Positions 47,872 to 57,064 of a stretch of 64,000 nt of DNA are shown here, one piece after another (within the stretch, counting starts at the first letter, position 1; each line of letters starts with the position of its first letter). Under the pieces are notes generated by a model. It was not told the origin of the DNA, did not search any database, and worked only from the letters and a program-made list of their open reading frames with translations. The position numbers and the translations under genes were made by a program. This DNA is from a phage. The stretch lies in sequence record NC_135732.1; one strand, written 5' to 3'.

Positions 47872-48289
47872 AAATTTATCCTCTTTACTGGTTAGTGCGG
47901 TGTTGTTCACCTTGTAGGGTAATAATACCATGATTAACCTTGTTGTCAACGATTATTTTAAATTATTTTTATGATAGAATCCACCTGCCGCCCCCGCCAG
48001 GTTAACCACCATTTTTCGTACTCTTCTTTATGTTCCCGCGCTTCTGTATCATTAATCACTACATTTCCCAGGTGAGTAGCATTACCTTTCATTTTTGTAC
48101 CTCCTCTTCAATTGTTTACCCTACAGCATGGGCCTACCAGGTTTGCAAGATTTCACCCTCTCCCACCTGGTCAGTTAGGTCCTGCCAGGCTGGCCCCGCC
48201 AGGTTGCAACGGTTAGCGCATCAGGTTAGAAAAATTTTTTGAAAAGGTGTTGACAGCGGCCCCGCCAGGGGGCACAATATACCTATCGA

Positions 48290-48520
48290 AAGGACGGCAG
48301 GCACCGGTGACGGGGGAGACAACCACCGGGGATGGGCGCTGCATAAAATGAGAACGGTTATCATTATCATTTAAAAATTTATGCAAAAAATCCTTGCCTT
48401 CTTTGTCCTGTGTGATACTATAATAACAAGCCGGGGCAACAGGGGCCGGGAGACAATCACCGGGCCTGCCCGTTATTCTGCAAACGAGAATGATTATCAT
48501 TCAAAATTCTAAATGAGAAC
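48290..48520 (+). repeat. Two ~90-bp imperfect direct repeats, each with a GC-rich hairpin and a shared GAGAAxGxTTATCATT box
   Basis: Unit 1 ~48291-48380, unit 2 ~48423-48520; shared core GGGAGACAA(C/T)CACCGGG. A TTGACA promoter-like site lies at 48250. Confidence 0.55.
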
Positions 48521-48628
48521 TCCTCGCATTTAATAAATTTAATTAGCATGCTAATTACCCTCCGTAACAATTTCCTATAAAACAGTATCCCATAAAATAT
48601 TCCCATATAGAAATTTTAAAAATCCATT

Positions 48629-48801
48629 TCTGAAAACGAAAAATCGATTTCGTCCCCAAAAATTTCAGGTCGAGAGCTGGAACGATTTCCAGAAAATCCG
48701 ATTCAGAAAACGAAAAACAGATCGAGTACTTGGAAATTTATCGAGAAAAATTTTCAGAAAATTCAATCTTTGAAACGAAAAACAGATCGAGTACTTGGAA
48801 A
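48629..48801 (+). repeat. Tandem direct repeats, three copies with period ~66-74 bp
   Basis: GAAA(A)CGAAAAACAGATCGAGTACTTGGAAA at ~48706 and ~48772 (about 30 nt nearly identical), plus a degenerate copy at ~48632. Confidence 0.7.
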
Positions 48802-49106
48802 GCTGTACCGCAACTTCAAGATAGTGGTTAGATTATTACCATAAAAGGTCAAGGGTAAGTGGAGGAAGTTCTAGTAGAAGGATGTGAGCATGTGCGGGAA
48901 ATCTGTAATGGTGGTCTGGAATATGGTGCAAACGATAGGATGAGCGATTCAGCTTGTCGCGCCTACTCTGAAAAATCCATTTTAGTTTTCGATCCATTTT
49001 CTGATTTTCTAAGAATTTTAAAATATCTGGTCCGGTTAAATATCAAAAGGAGGAAATCCATTTTAGAAATCCTCCTGATCTCTAGCAACCTGATAACTTA
49101 AAAATA

Positions 49107-49439
49107 TCAGGTGCCCAGTTTGTTCTTTCCTTTATACAACCGTAAGGGTATAGTTTTTGTAACAGTCCATCTCCCCAGCCCTTCCCAGTTCCAGTTGTAG
49201 GCATGGTACCCGGTTACGCATGCACTGCTAGAGTGGTCATAGGCATAAGAGAACGCTATACGCACCAAATGGAACCAGTCTTTCCACGGTTGTGGTCCGT
49301 AAGCTTTTCTCCAACACCGACACAAACTAAATGTCTCAAGAATAGGCAGGATAACAAATCCATACACCGCCACCAGAATAGCCAACGCAATGATTGTCAG
49401 GAATACATACCCTGCAGTTGAAACGATGATCTCTGTCAT
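49107..49439 (-). CDS. hypothetical membrane protein
   Basis: N-terminal TM segment VFLTIIALAILVAVYGFVILPIL. Confidence 0.45.
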   Translation of the reverse strand: MTEIIVSTAGYVFLTIIALAILVAVYGFVILPILETFSLCRCWRKAYGPQPWKDWFHLVRIAFSYAYDHSSSACVTGYHAYNWNWEGLGRWTVTKTIPLRLYKGKNKLGT

Positions 49440-49639
49440 TTGTCGTCCCCTTTCTTACGGATATAGATGTGAGAGCCTGCCTGTATATAAATTTCTCGAC
49501 CATCTTCTGCAAAGATATGAAATACACGATCACCTTCATACTCGATACGTGATATCTTCATAATGGTCTTTCCACCTGGGATGCGGATCTCGTCCCCCAC
49601 AGCGATGTTCCATGCAGATTTAAGCTTAAACATCTGCAC
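49436..49639 (-). CDS. hypothetical protein
   Basis: 67-aa ORF. Confidence 0.45.
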   Translation of the reverse strand: MQMFKLKSAWNIAVGDEIRIPGGKTIMKISRIEYEGDRVFHIFAEDGREIYIQAGSHIYIRKKGDDK

Positions 49640-49871
49640 CCTCCTTTGGGAGCTCTAACTCTGGCATAGCCATATACGCCACAACAGGGTTGTAATCAAA
49701 GTAGAAATGGCCGTTAATTATCCCAGTTTTGTGAGCATAGTCACCAGATCCTGCAAGAACAACCTCGCAAACTCCGAAATCCACCTTGCCATTCTCATCT
49801 GCCATGGCTACAATATACTTTCCTAGAGGCATGTTTTCAACGCCGTCTACAAATGTCCACCCTTTGTTCAT
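49626..49871 (-). CDS. hypothetical protein
   Basis: 81-aa ORF. Confidence 0.45.
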   Translation of the reverse strand: MNKGWTFVDGVENMPLGKYIVAMADENGKVDFGVCEVVLAGSGDYAHKTGIINGHFYFDYNPVVAYMAMPELELPKEGADV

Positions 49872-49891
49872 ACTTTATCTCCTGCATTCTC

Positions 49892-50224
49892 TTAAGGTAA
49901 CCAGTAAACAATCTCGCCTTTCAGCTTCATGTCGTTTCCAACATAAATTTGCCAGCCATCCATCTTAGCAGCTGCAGGCCCAAAGTCATCCGCACCCCTT
50001 ACCTCTTTCCAGGCCCAGTAGTCAGGCTGCCAGATGTAAAATCCACCTTCTTTGTCCCATGCTCCATACACTACGTTTAACAAGTTTCCCATTGCAACAA
50101 TAGTGGGCCGTGGGAACAATGCATCTACAGATGCGCCACAATTTCTGGTATCTTTTAAGTTGCAATCCCAAAAGATGTCTGCCAGTGTGGCGGCGATAGC
50201 TTTACGTCTTTCCAATGTTACCAT
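49892..50224 (-). CDS. hypothetical protein
   Basis: 110-aa ORF. Confidence 0.45.
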   Translation of the reverse strand: MVTLERRKAIAATLADIFWDCNLKDTRNCGASVDALFPRPTIVAMGNLLNVVYGAWDKEGGFYIWQPDYWAWKEVRGADDFGPAAAKMDGWQIYVGNDMKLKGEIVYWLP

Positions 50225-50231
50225 ATCATAC

Positions 50232-50423
50232 TCACTTGTTGTTAATAAGTTCTAAAACTTTCTGTCTTACTTTGTCAAGGTCTGTGGATTCAAAAACTGT
50301 ACGGTATCCCCAACTTTGCCCATAGGAGTGACTGCAATCCCCGTAGCACCATTGCTCAATTTGATAGTATTCAAGGAACGGGTGCTGTCTAACTATGATA
50401 CTATCCCGGTTAAAAATTACCAT
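50232..50423 (-). CDS. hypothetical protein
   Basis: 63-aa ORF. Confidence 0.4.
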   Translation of the reverse strand: MVIFNRDSIIVRQHPFLEYYQIEQWCYGDCSHSYGQSWGYRTVFESTDLDKVRQKVLELINNK

Positions 50424-50486
50424 AATACATCGCTCTCTGTTAGTTTATGCGTATATTATACACTGCAGTTTTCAGATGTCAACCTC

Positions 50487-50681
50487 TTACAGATTGCTCC
50501 AGTACAATCGGCATTTACATTTTGGGCAATGAGGTTCTTTTATGTAATAACCATCAGTCTTTGGAACACTTTTTGGTGCAGTTTTAAGATTGTACCTGGT
50601 AAAACATCGGAAGCAGGTTACCTCTCCCACCTGTTGATCGTTGATCCACTCACCAGAGTAAAGCTCTTTCTTGTTTCTCAT
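50487..50681 (-). CDS. small zinc-ribbon protein
   Basis: CFRC...CPKC; start ATG 50681 after GGGAGAG RBS. Confidence 0.4.
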   Translation of the reverse strand: MRNKKELYSGEWINDQQVGEVTCFRCFTRYNLKTAPKSVPKTDGYYIKEPHCPKCKCRLYWSNL

Positions 50682-50932
50682 AATTCTCTCCCAAATCATC
50701 TGCAATCTTATACCAAAATCTCCAGCCAGAAAGCACACGGGAACACTTTGAGGATTGAATCTTTACTTGGCTCGGAAGTTCTTTTTCCGTATGGTAGGTA
50801 GAAATACCCTCCTGCAGATTCGAATATAGCTCCTTCGGTTGTATCTACCACAGCAAGAATTAAGATTTTAGTCTCCACAGTGCTCTCCTCTCTTAGTTGT
50901 TGTGGAAACTATATCACCTCAGAAGATGGTCG

Positions 50933-51391
50933 TCAACACTTTTTGTACTCCACCACGATAATATCCATATCAAAAGTGGCAAGGTTAATAACGTCCTCTA
51001 CGTGCTCCCACTTCAAACCGCCTATGCCGCACCCGATCTTAGGGATGTAGAATGGTAAAGTCGATCCACCGAATACCTCGTTGACTAGCTCAAAGCCTTT
51101 CAGGATTGAGAAATATTCAGCATTAGGTCCTGGGTAGAACTGAGTATACAGATTGATTCCGTAGACAATACCTCTCGGAGATAAGTGCTCCCATCGGGAG
51201 AATGCACCCAGTTTACTTAGGCAACCGTGTCTAGTCTCTTTGTCGGCTGACAATGCTTGAGGGAACTCACGGGCAATATCTTTCGCTATGCCTGCACCCA
51301 TTGTGTGAAAGCAGTTACAACCGTGGATCATGTGTCCTGCCCCTTTCTTGAAAAGGGAGATTAGATCTCCTTCTACAGTATCAATAATCAC
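50933..51391 (-). CDS. macro-domain protein (ADP-ribose binding/processing)
   Basis: Segment GDLISLF...HMIHGCNCFHTMGAGIAKDI aligns by eye with the macro-domain GDIT...VNAAN..GGGV block; C-terminal GCGIGG. Start uncertain (GTG 51391, or ATG 51472/51490 with long overlap). Confidence 0.65.
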   Translation of the reverse strand: MIIDTVEGDLISLFKKGAGHMIHGCNCFHTMGAGIAKDIAREFPQALSADKETRHGCLSKLGAFSRWEHLSPRGIVYGINLYTQFYPGPNAEYFSILKGFELVNEVFGGSTLPFYIPKIGCGIGGLKWEHVEDVINLATFDMDIIVVEYKKC

Positions 51392-51806
51392 GGTATGCCA
51401 GCTCCTCTTCCGCAATTTCAAAAAACTCAGTCCAGCACTGTGGCATATTGGAGTTACCGAAGTGGCTTTCATAGTAAAGGTTCTCACCACTCGGGAGATA
51501 GAAATCTGTTACCTCATAGAATCCACAATCGTCGCACTCACCTTCTTCAAACTTGGCCTCGACCTTAATACCGAGGAAGGTGAAAAGTTTATGGATATCT
51601 TCAGTTTCGAACTCCCAGTGAATGTTGTTTTCCGCATCGGTGTAGAACTGGATCAGCAGACCATTGTCCAGTTTACCAAAATACTCTGTGAAGTAACTTC
51701 CTTCCCAGAAATCTTTATGACAAATAATATCCATGCGTTTGCCCATAATAATGGTGTGAGCGTTTTGGGCATCATCACGAATCAGTTTTGGCATTTCATA
51801 GATCAT
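51381..51806 (-). CDS. hypothetical protein
   Basis: 141-aa ORF. Confidence 0.45.
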   Translation of the reverse strand: MIYEMPKLIRDDAQNAHTIIMGKRMDIICHKDFWEGSYFTEYFGKLDNGLLIQFYTDAENNIHWEFETEDIHKLFTFLGIKVEAKFEEGECDDCGFYEVTDFYLPSGENLYYESHFGNSNMPQCWTEFFEIAEEELAYRDY

Positions 51807-51874
51807 CTTAGTTCTCCGGGTTCAACAGGTGGTGGTGCTACAGGAAGATCATAAAACATGGCTATCACAGTCTC

Positions 51875-52072
51875 TTACACAGGAATTGCTTCAAATAGAC
51901 CGTTATCTATACCGTCCTTCAGATAGAGATTATATTCTATATCGGTATCTGTATAAAGGGCAGCATCCAGCATTCTATCTGTGAGTCCATCCATCGGGTG
52001 GAGAAACCACCACCCACGCCAGTCAAAGTAACAGCCTGGTGCATCTTCTCTTACACGGATTCTATAAATCAT
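51875..52072 (-). CDS. hypothetical protein
   Basis: 65-aa ORF. Confidence 0.4.
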   Translation of the reverse strand: MIYRIRVREDAPGCYFDWRGWWFLHPMDGLTDRMLDAALYTDTDIEYNLYLKDGIDNGLFEAIPV

Positions 52073-52168
52073 GGGCAGTGGCCTCCTGTTAGTTATACAT
52101 CCCAGTTTTCTTCGTTCATCACGTCCTCCCGTTCTATGAAGTTATAATTACACACCTTTCAACTTGTG

Positions 52169-52585
52169 TCAACAGAAAACTTCAACAAATTCTTCCACAG
52201 TTTTAATGTCGTGTGAAAAAGGTTTACGGCTATAACGGGCAATAGCACTATCAACCACCGCCCGGTACTCCAAATCTTCAGAATATTTCATGAAGCATTG
52301 CAGCGTCTCTGGGCAGATAGCTAAATAGCTCCACCACCCCTCTTCAGATTGGTAGTCGAATCCCATACTCTCCAACCATGAAGCATATACGCCTGCACCC
52401 TCAAGCCAGTGAGTATTTTCATCCAGAAACTTGTTAATAGACATGTGAGCTTCTAAGCATTTATCCAGCTCTTTTCCGTTAACCAGCCACGCACTGACCG
52501 TGGCGCATCCAAAGTCTACAGATTGAGTTGACAGGTTGTATTGGTCATAGTTCTCAGGTTTAACAATGATATCTTCTAATGTCAT
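52169..52585 (-). CDS. hypothetical protein
   Basis: 138-aa ORF. Confidence 0.45.
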   Translation of the reverse strand: MTLEDIIVKPENYDQYNLSTQSVDFGCATVSAWLVNGKELDKCLEAHMSINKFLDENTHWLEGAGVYASWLESMGFDYQSEEGWWSYLAICPETLQCFMKYSEDLEYRAVVDSAIARYSRKPFSHDIKTVEEFVEVFC

Positions 52586-52599
52586 TTTTCAGATCTCCT

Positions 52600-52632
52600 T
52601 ATACAAAAATGCCCCACCCTTTCGGGCAGGGC
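52600..52632 (-). terminator. terminator; same 22-bp sequence as at 63599-63620
   Basis: GCCCCACCCTTTCGGGCAGGGC forms a GAAA-looped hairpin on the minus strand, followed by a T-run. Confidence 0.55.
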
Positions 52633-52647
52633 TATGTTAACTAGATG

Positions 52648-53874
52648 TTAGAATGGGATGTCATCATCAAAGGCGTACTGTGCTGGATTCTGATCCATCG
52701 GGTCATCTTCCTCGTCATTTACAGGAGGAGCGTCTACAGTATTTTGCTGTGAAGCAGCTTCCTGTTTGGCAGCTTGAGGTTCTTGATGGTCAGTGGACCC
52801 AGCACCGTTCTTGATCCAATCGTACAACGGCTCAGCCAGATTAGTCAAGACATCTTTTGCTTCTGCAGTAATTGCCGCTGCAAAATCATCAACTTTCGTT
52901 TTCTTGTCAATACGGCGACAAGCGTTCAACACCGCATTACCGACACTGGCACCTACTTCATCTTCAGTTCGGTTGGTGGCTTGAGCATACTCTTTCTTAA
53001 GCTCAATAGTGACTACGTGCAGTGTTTTAGCCACACCTAGTGGGTCGTCTACCTTAAACCCGCGATCCAGGATGATTTGCAACGCATTGATGCTATGTCC
53101 CGTCTCCACACCAATAGGGTCGTAAGAGGATTTACGCTTGCCACCAGAGCCTTGAGTGCCGTTCTCTGCCTTAGGTGGATAGGCTTTGAAACCACTGATA
53201 ATGTTTCCGGTGTCTTTGTCAACAATGGCTGCAACACGACCACCTACCACCAGGTCTTTAAGCTGCTCATCAGTAACAACCATGGCACCTTCGCCAATCT
53301 TGTGGTCATTAACAGTAACCACGTTGCCAACAATCTGAGTCACATCGCCATAGATGCGTAAAACGTCCTGATTGGCATTCTGCTGAGGTTTCTGCTTCTG
53401 GCCTTGTGATTGTGCACCTTGTTGCTGTTTTTGCTGCTGAGTCGCTGCTGGAGCCTCTCCTGCACCCAGCTTGACCATCTTAGCCAGTGAGCCTTTGTAA
53501 TAGGTCTTACCGTTATGCTCGTTTGCCTTCAAAGGGATATTTACGATCCATCCCGGCGTTACGGTTTCCCACTTGTCATCAATCTTAACAGAGACAGAGT
53601 CTTGATGACCAGGTTTAAGCAGCTTATCACCCATACTGATCCAAACTTCTTCACCACCTTGAAGCAGGTTATCAGAGGAATCCAGTTCAGAAATCAGTAA
53701 AGAGATGGTGTGGCTGGATTCAATTTTCTTACCTTGCCACACAGTGGTTTTAATACCTGTTGTAGGATCAGCACCTTTGATAGGTTTGATGCTGACACGT
53801 TTAATCATGCCGTGAGCCAGTAAAACAGTTTCACGCGGATTCATCGGGTTAGCGAATTGTTGAATAACGCTCAT
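52648..53874 (-). CDS. putative single-stranded DNA-binding protein with SSB-type acidic C-terminal tail
   Basis: Ends ...NPAQYAFDDDIPF (E. coli SSB ends DDDIPF); Gln-rich linker. No OB-fold alignment done. Confidence 0.5.
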   Translation of the reverse strand: MSVIQQFANPMNPRETVLLAHGMIKRVSIKPIKGADPTTGIKTTVWQGKKIESSHTISLLISELDSSDNLLQGGEEVWISMGDKLLKPGHQDSVSVKIDDKWETVTPGWIVNIPLKANEHNGKTYYKGSLAKMVKLGAGEAPAATQQQKQQQGAQSQGQKQKPQQNANQDVLRIYGDVTQIVGNVVTVNDHKIGEGAMVVTDEQLKDLVVGGRVAAIVDKDTGNIISGFKAYPPKAENGTQGSGGKRKSSYDPIGVETGHSINALQIILDRGFKVDDPLGVAKTLHVVTIELKKEYAQATNRTEDEVGASVGNAVLNACRRIDKKTKVDDFAAAITAEAKDVLTNLAEPLYDWIKNGAGSTDHQEPQAAKQEAASQQNTVDAPPVNDEEDDPMDQNPAQYAFDDDIPF

Positions 53875-54239
53875 TATTTGTCTCCTTGTTCTTCGTTAGT
53901 GTTTGCCGTGTGTGCAAACCCTGCTTGAATTAATTTGTCCTGAACTTGAGCCAACAGGCCCATTGCAAAACTTGTGGTCCCAGAGAGGGCCATCAACATA
54001 TCTCGTTGTTGAGCTACCCAACCTAAGGCATAGTCCAAACGACGATATTTTTCTTCTTCACGCAGAGCCTGAAATAATTGTTCAGCCTCCGGTTGTTGTG
54101 TGAGCTCCTGAAGTCTTCCCATGAAAGAAGAAAGCACTAGCAAAAGAGACACTTGATCTTTACTTAACCCTAAGAAAAATTCTTGAGGTTGTTCTTGCTC
54201 GTTCATCGCAACCGACGCTTGATCGTTCATTTGTTCCAT
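53874..54239 (-). CDS. hypothetical protein
   Basis: 121-aa ORF. Confidence 0.45.
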   Translation of the reverse strand: MEQMNDQASVAMNEQEQPQEFFLGLSKDQVSLLLVLSSFMGRLQELTQQPEAEQLFQALREEEKYRRLDYALGWVAQQRDMLMALSGTTSFAMGLLAQVQDKLIQAGFAHTANTNEEQGDK

Positions 54240-54322
54240 TATGGAATCTCCGATTTTATTTGAACAACATAGAAGGAGACACTATTTTAGCATCCCCTTC
54301 TGTAAATTACAATAGATATTTG

Positions 54323-54568
54323 TTAGCCAATCACTTCAAAAGTTCCCCAATTCCCGTCCAGCAGGCAGGTGATCGGATCCCCATCGTCGTCAAAGATTTC
54401 AAAGTTTTCAGCATCCAGGATGTGGCCCTCGAACACAATACTTTCGTCGCCACCACCAGAAATAACAGCGTATTCCTTACCTTGAGTCAAGTTTTGACAC
54501 CCTTTGCCACCAAAACCTACTTCAACACAACGTACTTTCTGTCCTGCGCGAGCAACTACTCCAGTCAT
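54323..54568 (-). CDS. hypothetical protein
   Basis: 81-aa ORF. Confidence 0.4.
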   Translation of the reverse strand: MTGVVARAGQKVRCVEVGFGGKGCQNLTQGKEYAVISGGGDESIVFEGHILDAENFEIFDDDGDPITCLLDGNWGTFEVIG

Positions 54569-54585
54569 CTTAAGGTCTCCTGATA

Positions 54586-54906
54586 TTAATCGTCAAGTTC
54601 AAAATAGATTTTAACAGCTTCATCAAAGATTGGAATCCCGATGTTGTTGATAAGCTGCCAAACTACCATATCTTTACCTGGGTCTGGGAGAATGTCAACC
54701 TTTCTCCATGCGCTGTATATCCAGTTCGGACCACCTTCTGCACTAACTGGCAGATTTTCACCAGCCTCCTGCAGATACTTATACAGCAAAAGATATTCTG
54801 GATACTCTAGAACACTGTCCTCTGTAGTATATAGCAGTTCACGGTATACTTTTAAGAACCCTGCGGGGGTGATGTTTTCAGTCTTCATTTGCTGCTTCTC
54901 CTGCAT
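54586..54906 (-). CDS. hypothetical protein
   Basis: 106-aa ORF. Confidence 0.45.
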   Translation of the reverse strand: MQEKQQMKTENITPAGFLKVYRELLYTTEDSVLEYPEYLLLYKYLQEAGENLPVSAEGGPNWIYSAWRKVDILPDPGKDMVVWQLINNIGIPIFDEAVKIYFELDD

Positions 54907-55267
54907 TCATCAGATCTGCCATAGCGTCACCCACGAAGAGAACAACCACATCGTTGATCGCGTCAGCATCATCTTTGTTGACGTTGCTGAATTTAGGACA
55001 CACAGCAATGATCATATAGACACCGTTACCAACCTGGACTGTCCGTGTGGTGCACATCATGGCGGTATTTGTGCCTTCTTTGAAGGCGAAGCCTTGAAGA
55101 CGCTCCTCTAAAGTGTTACCGGTAGATTTCAGAAGCGCCAGCTCGTCCAAGGCATAGATGATATCTCCGGAAGTTAGTGTTGCCTTGCCATCAGACACCA
55201 TAATCACTCCATCAGCACCGTCAAGCTTAGAGGCTTCAAAGATATCAATATCCCAAATATTTTTCAT
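54878..55267 (-). CDS. hypothetical protein
   Basis: 129-aa ORF. Confidence 0.45.
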   Translation of the reverse strand: MKNIWDIDIFEASKLDGADGVIMVSDGKATLTSGDIIYALDELALLKSTGNTLEERLQGFAFKEGTNTAMMCTTRTVQVGNGVYMIIAVCPKFSNVNKDDADAINDVVVLFVGDAMADLMNAGEAANED

Positions 55268-55599
55268 TACGCTTCCTCGTCGTCTAAGTAATCATCAAGA
55301 GAGGTGAAGATTTCACCGAAGTATTCTAAGATTGCTAGCTCACGTGTGGTGCAGCAAACATAATCGCCTTGGTCGTCCTTAATAGTGGCCTCTTTACCCA
55401 GAACATGCACTTCAAATTCATCGTTCAGCAGGACGGCCCCTGTGTAAACTTTGTCAGCTGTGCAGTCCCGAAAAGCAGAGTCCTTTTCCAGATAGTCTGG
55501 CTTAACCTTGGCTTTAATTCGTTGATATTGTTTGGTCATTGCTGTGGTCCCCTTTCGTTTTGATAGGGCCATTATATTAGGCCCTATCACTGTTGTCAA
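55267..55599 (-). CDS. hypothetical protein, paralog of 55603..55857
   Basis: Shared blocks AFRDCTADKVY/AFKDCTIGVVY and KDDQGDYVCCTTRE/KDDEGDSVWCTVNE. Confidence 0.45.
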   Translation of the reverse strand: MTTVIGPNIMALSKRKGTTAMTKQYQRIKAKVKPDYLEKDSAFRDCTADKVYTGAVLLNDEFEVHVLGKEATIKDDQGDYVCCTTRELAILEYFGEIFTSLDDYLDDEEA

Positions 55600-55602
55600 G
55601 TA

Positions 55603-55857
55603 TTAATGTTCAGGTTTTACAAAAACTACTTCATTAACAGTGCACCAGACAGAGTCTCCTTCGTCATCTTTAAAGGTAAGGCACTGTGCTGAGTTTTCCA
55701 GCTCATCAATCTCTTCTTGTGATAAAGGAGCCCCTTCTTCCAGAAGGGCTTTTACCAAAGGGTTCTCACAAAACTCTGCTTCATAAACTACACCGATTGT
55801 GCAATCTTTAAAAGCTCGGTCATTTTCAACGCATTCTGGCTTCAGAGTAATTTTCAT
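55603..55857 (-). CDS. hypothetical protein, paralog of 55267..55599
   Basis: See paired gene. Confidence 0.45.
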   Translation of the reverse strand: MKITLKPECVENDRAFKDCTIGVVYEAEFCENPLVKALLEEGAPLSQEEIDELENSAQCLTFKDDEGDSVWCTVNEVVFVKPEH

Positions 55858-55933
55858 CTTGGCAGTCTCCTTAATTATTTAAAAATCAACTCTTTGTTTG
55901 TGTGAAACATCTTATACCTAATCTTACTTCTTG

Positions 55934-56332
55934 TCAACGACTATTTTCAATCATCCACCAAGGATCAAGGTAGGTTTGTTGACTTTTTGCCCACTGGCAA
56001 ACATCTTCGTACATCTGAACTTCGTTTTCAGTCAGTTCGCGAATAGGCTCATCTATACCCTCATTTTTGTGGTAATCCCAGCTGGCATCGATTTCCCATA
56101 GCCACGGTTTGTTATTTCCACGTTTACGTACACAGAAGTCACCGGGACGGCCTGCCAATGCATTTAAGAACTCGTTCTCCGCTCGCTCCTGAAGAATACT
56201 AAGGAGCAAAACGTTGGAGCATGACCGTAAAATATGCTTCAGCTCACAATCATCAATCTCAACTTCAATACGTTGTTTGACTGTGTGGGTACCTTTTACT
56301 AACATCCTACCTCCTCTAAACGAACTCTGCAA
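55934..56332 (-). CDS. hypothetical protein
   Basis: 132-aa ORF. Confidence 0.45.
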   Translation of the reverse strand: MQSSFRGGRMLVKGTHTVKQRIEVEIDDCELKHILRSCSNVLLLSILQERAENEFLNALAGRPGDFCVRKRGNNKPWLWEIDASWDYHKNEGIDEPIRELTENEVQMYEDVCQWAKSQQTYLDPWWMIENSR

Positions 56333-56510
56333 GGGTTGTGTTGTTCACTGCACCGCAGTAAATGGAGTATCCCAGCCCATTAGAGTGCAGAAACCACGGC
56401 GTGCCGAAATTATCTTTCACGTAGACATCGCCGTTGCTTGTAAAGGGCCAATATTCTTCACCAAGGGTGAAATACCTACTCATACCCTCAGCCAGATACT
56501 TTACTTTCAT
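56316..56510 (-). CDS. hypothetical protein, three-member paralog family
   Basis: Motif DNFGTPWFLHSNGLGYSIYCG. Confidence 0.4.
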   Translation of the reverse strand: MKVKYLAEGMSRYFTLGEEYWPFTSNGDVYVKDNFGTPWFLHSNGLGYSIYCGAVNNTTLAEFV

Positions 56511-56734
56511 AGGTCCTCTTCAACAGCTACAAACTTGGCAAGCAGGGTGGTTCCGTAGATATGATACTCACCGTTTGCCAGATGGGAGATAAACCAGGCA
56601 ATCCCTTCCTCGTCTTTAATCATCTTGTTTGCACGATTTTTATCGTAATAAACCTCGTAGGTCTTTCCTTCTTTAAAGAAGGACAGGTCTGTCATCTTTT
56701 CTTCTACAAAAGTAGCTTTAACCAAAGTTGTCAT
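56507..56734 (-). CDS. hypothetical protein, three-member paralog family
   Basis: Motif DEEGIAWFISHLANGEYHIYG. Confidence 0.4.
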   Translation of the reverse strand: MTTLVKATFVEEKMTDLSFFKEGKTYEVYYDKNRANKMIKDEEGIAWFISHLANGEYHIYGTTLLAKFVAVEEDL

Positions 56735-57048
56735 TGATCGGTCTCCTTCTTGTTAAGTCTGAATACTGCAATAATAGCATTCCCAAGGTGCAGTGTCAAA
56801 TCATTTCCAAGATACCACAGCATCCCACGGTCATCTTTAATGAAAGGGTGACAATCTGGTGCCTTCCAGACATTGTACACTTTCCCAACCTGAAAGAAAT
56901 CAGGCCCTGTCGGGATTTTGGTGCCTGGCCACACTTGAGATACCTGAACACACTCCACCTGCATAATAACAGGGATAGTCATGGATGTAAATGTTTTTGT
57001 TGGCTCTACTACCATAAAAGTCTCCTCTTTGCTCAACAACACTTCCAT
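56731..57048 (-). CDS. hypothetical protein, three-member paralog family (start uncertain)
   Basis: Motif DDRGMLWYLGNDLTLHLGN; track start 57105 overlaps the polymerase exon 2. Confidence 0.35.
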   Translation of the reverse strand: MEVLLSKEETFMVVEPTKTFTSMTIPVIMQVECVQVSQVWPGTKIPTGPDFFQVGKVYNVWKAPDCHPFIKDDRGMLWYLGNDLTLHLGNAIIAVFRLNKKETDQ

Positions 57049-57064
57049 GTGTTGATAGTTTACA

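Noticed and set aside
48213-48500. Minus-strand 95-aa ORF
   Set aside because: Spans the GC-rich direct repeats; Pro/Gly/Arg-rich translation with no RBS.
48629-48801. CRISPR array
   Set aside because: Only two good repeats and one degenerate copy, repeats not palindromic, uneven period, no leader or cas genes; treated as tandem repeats.
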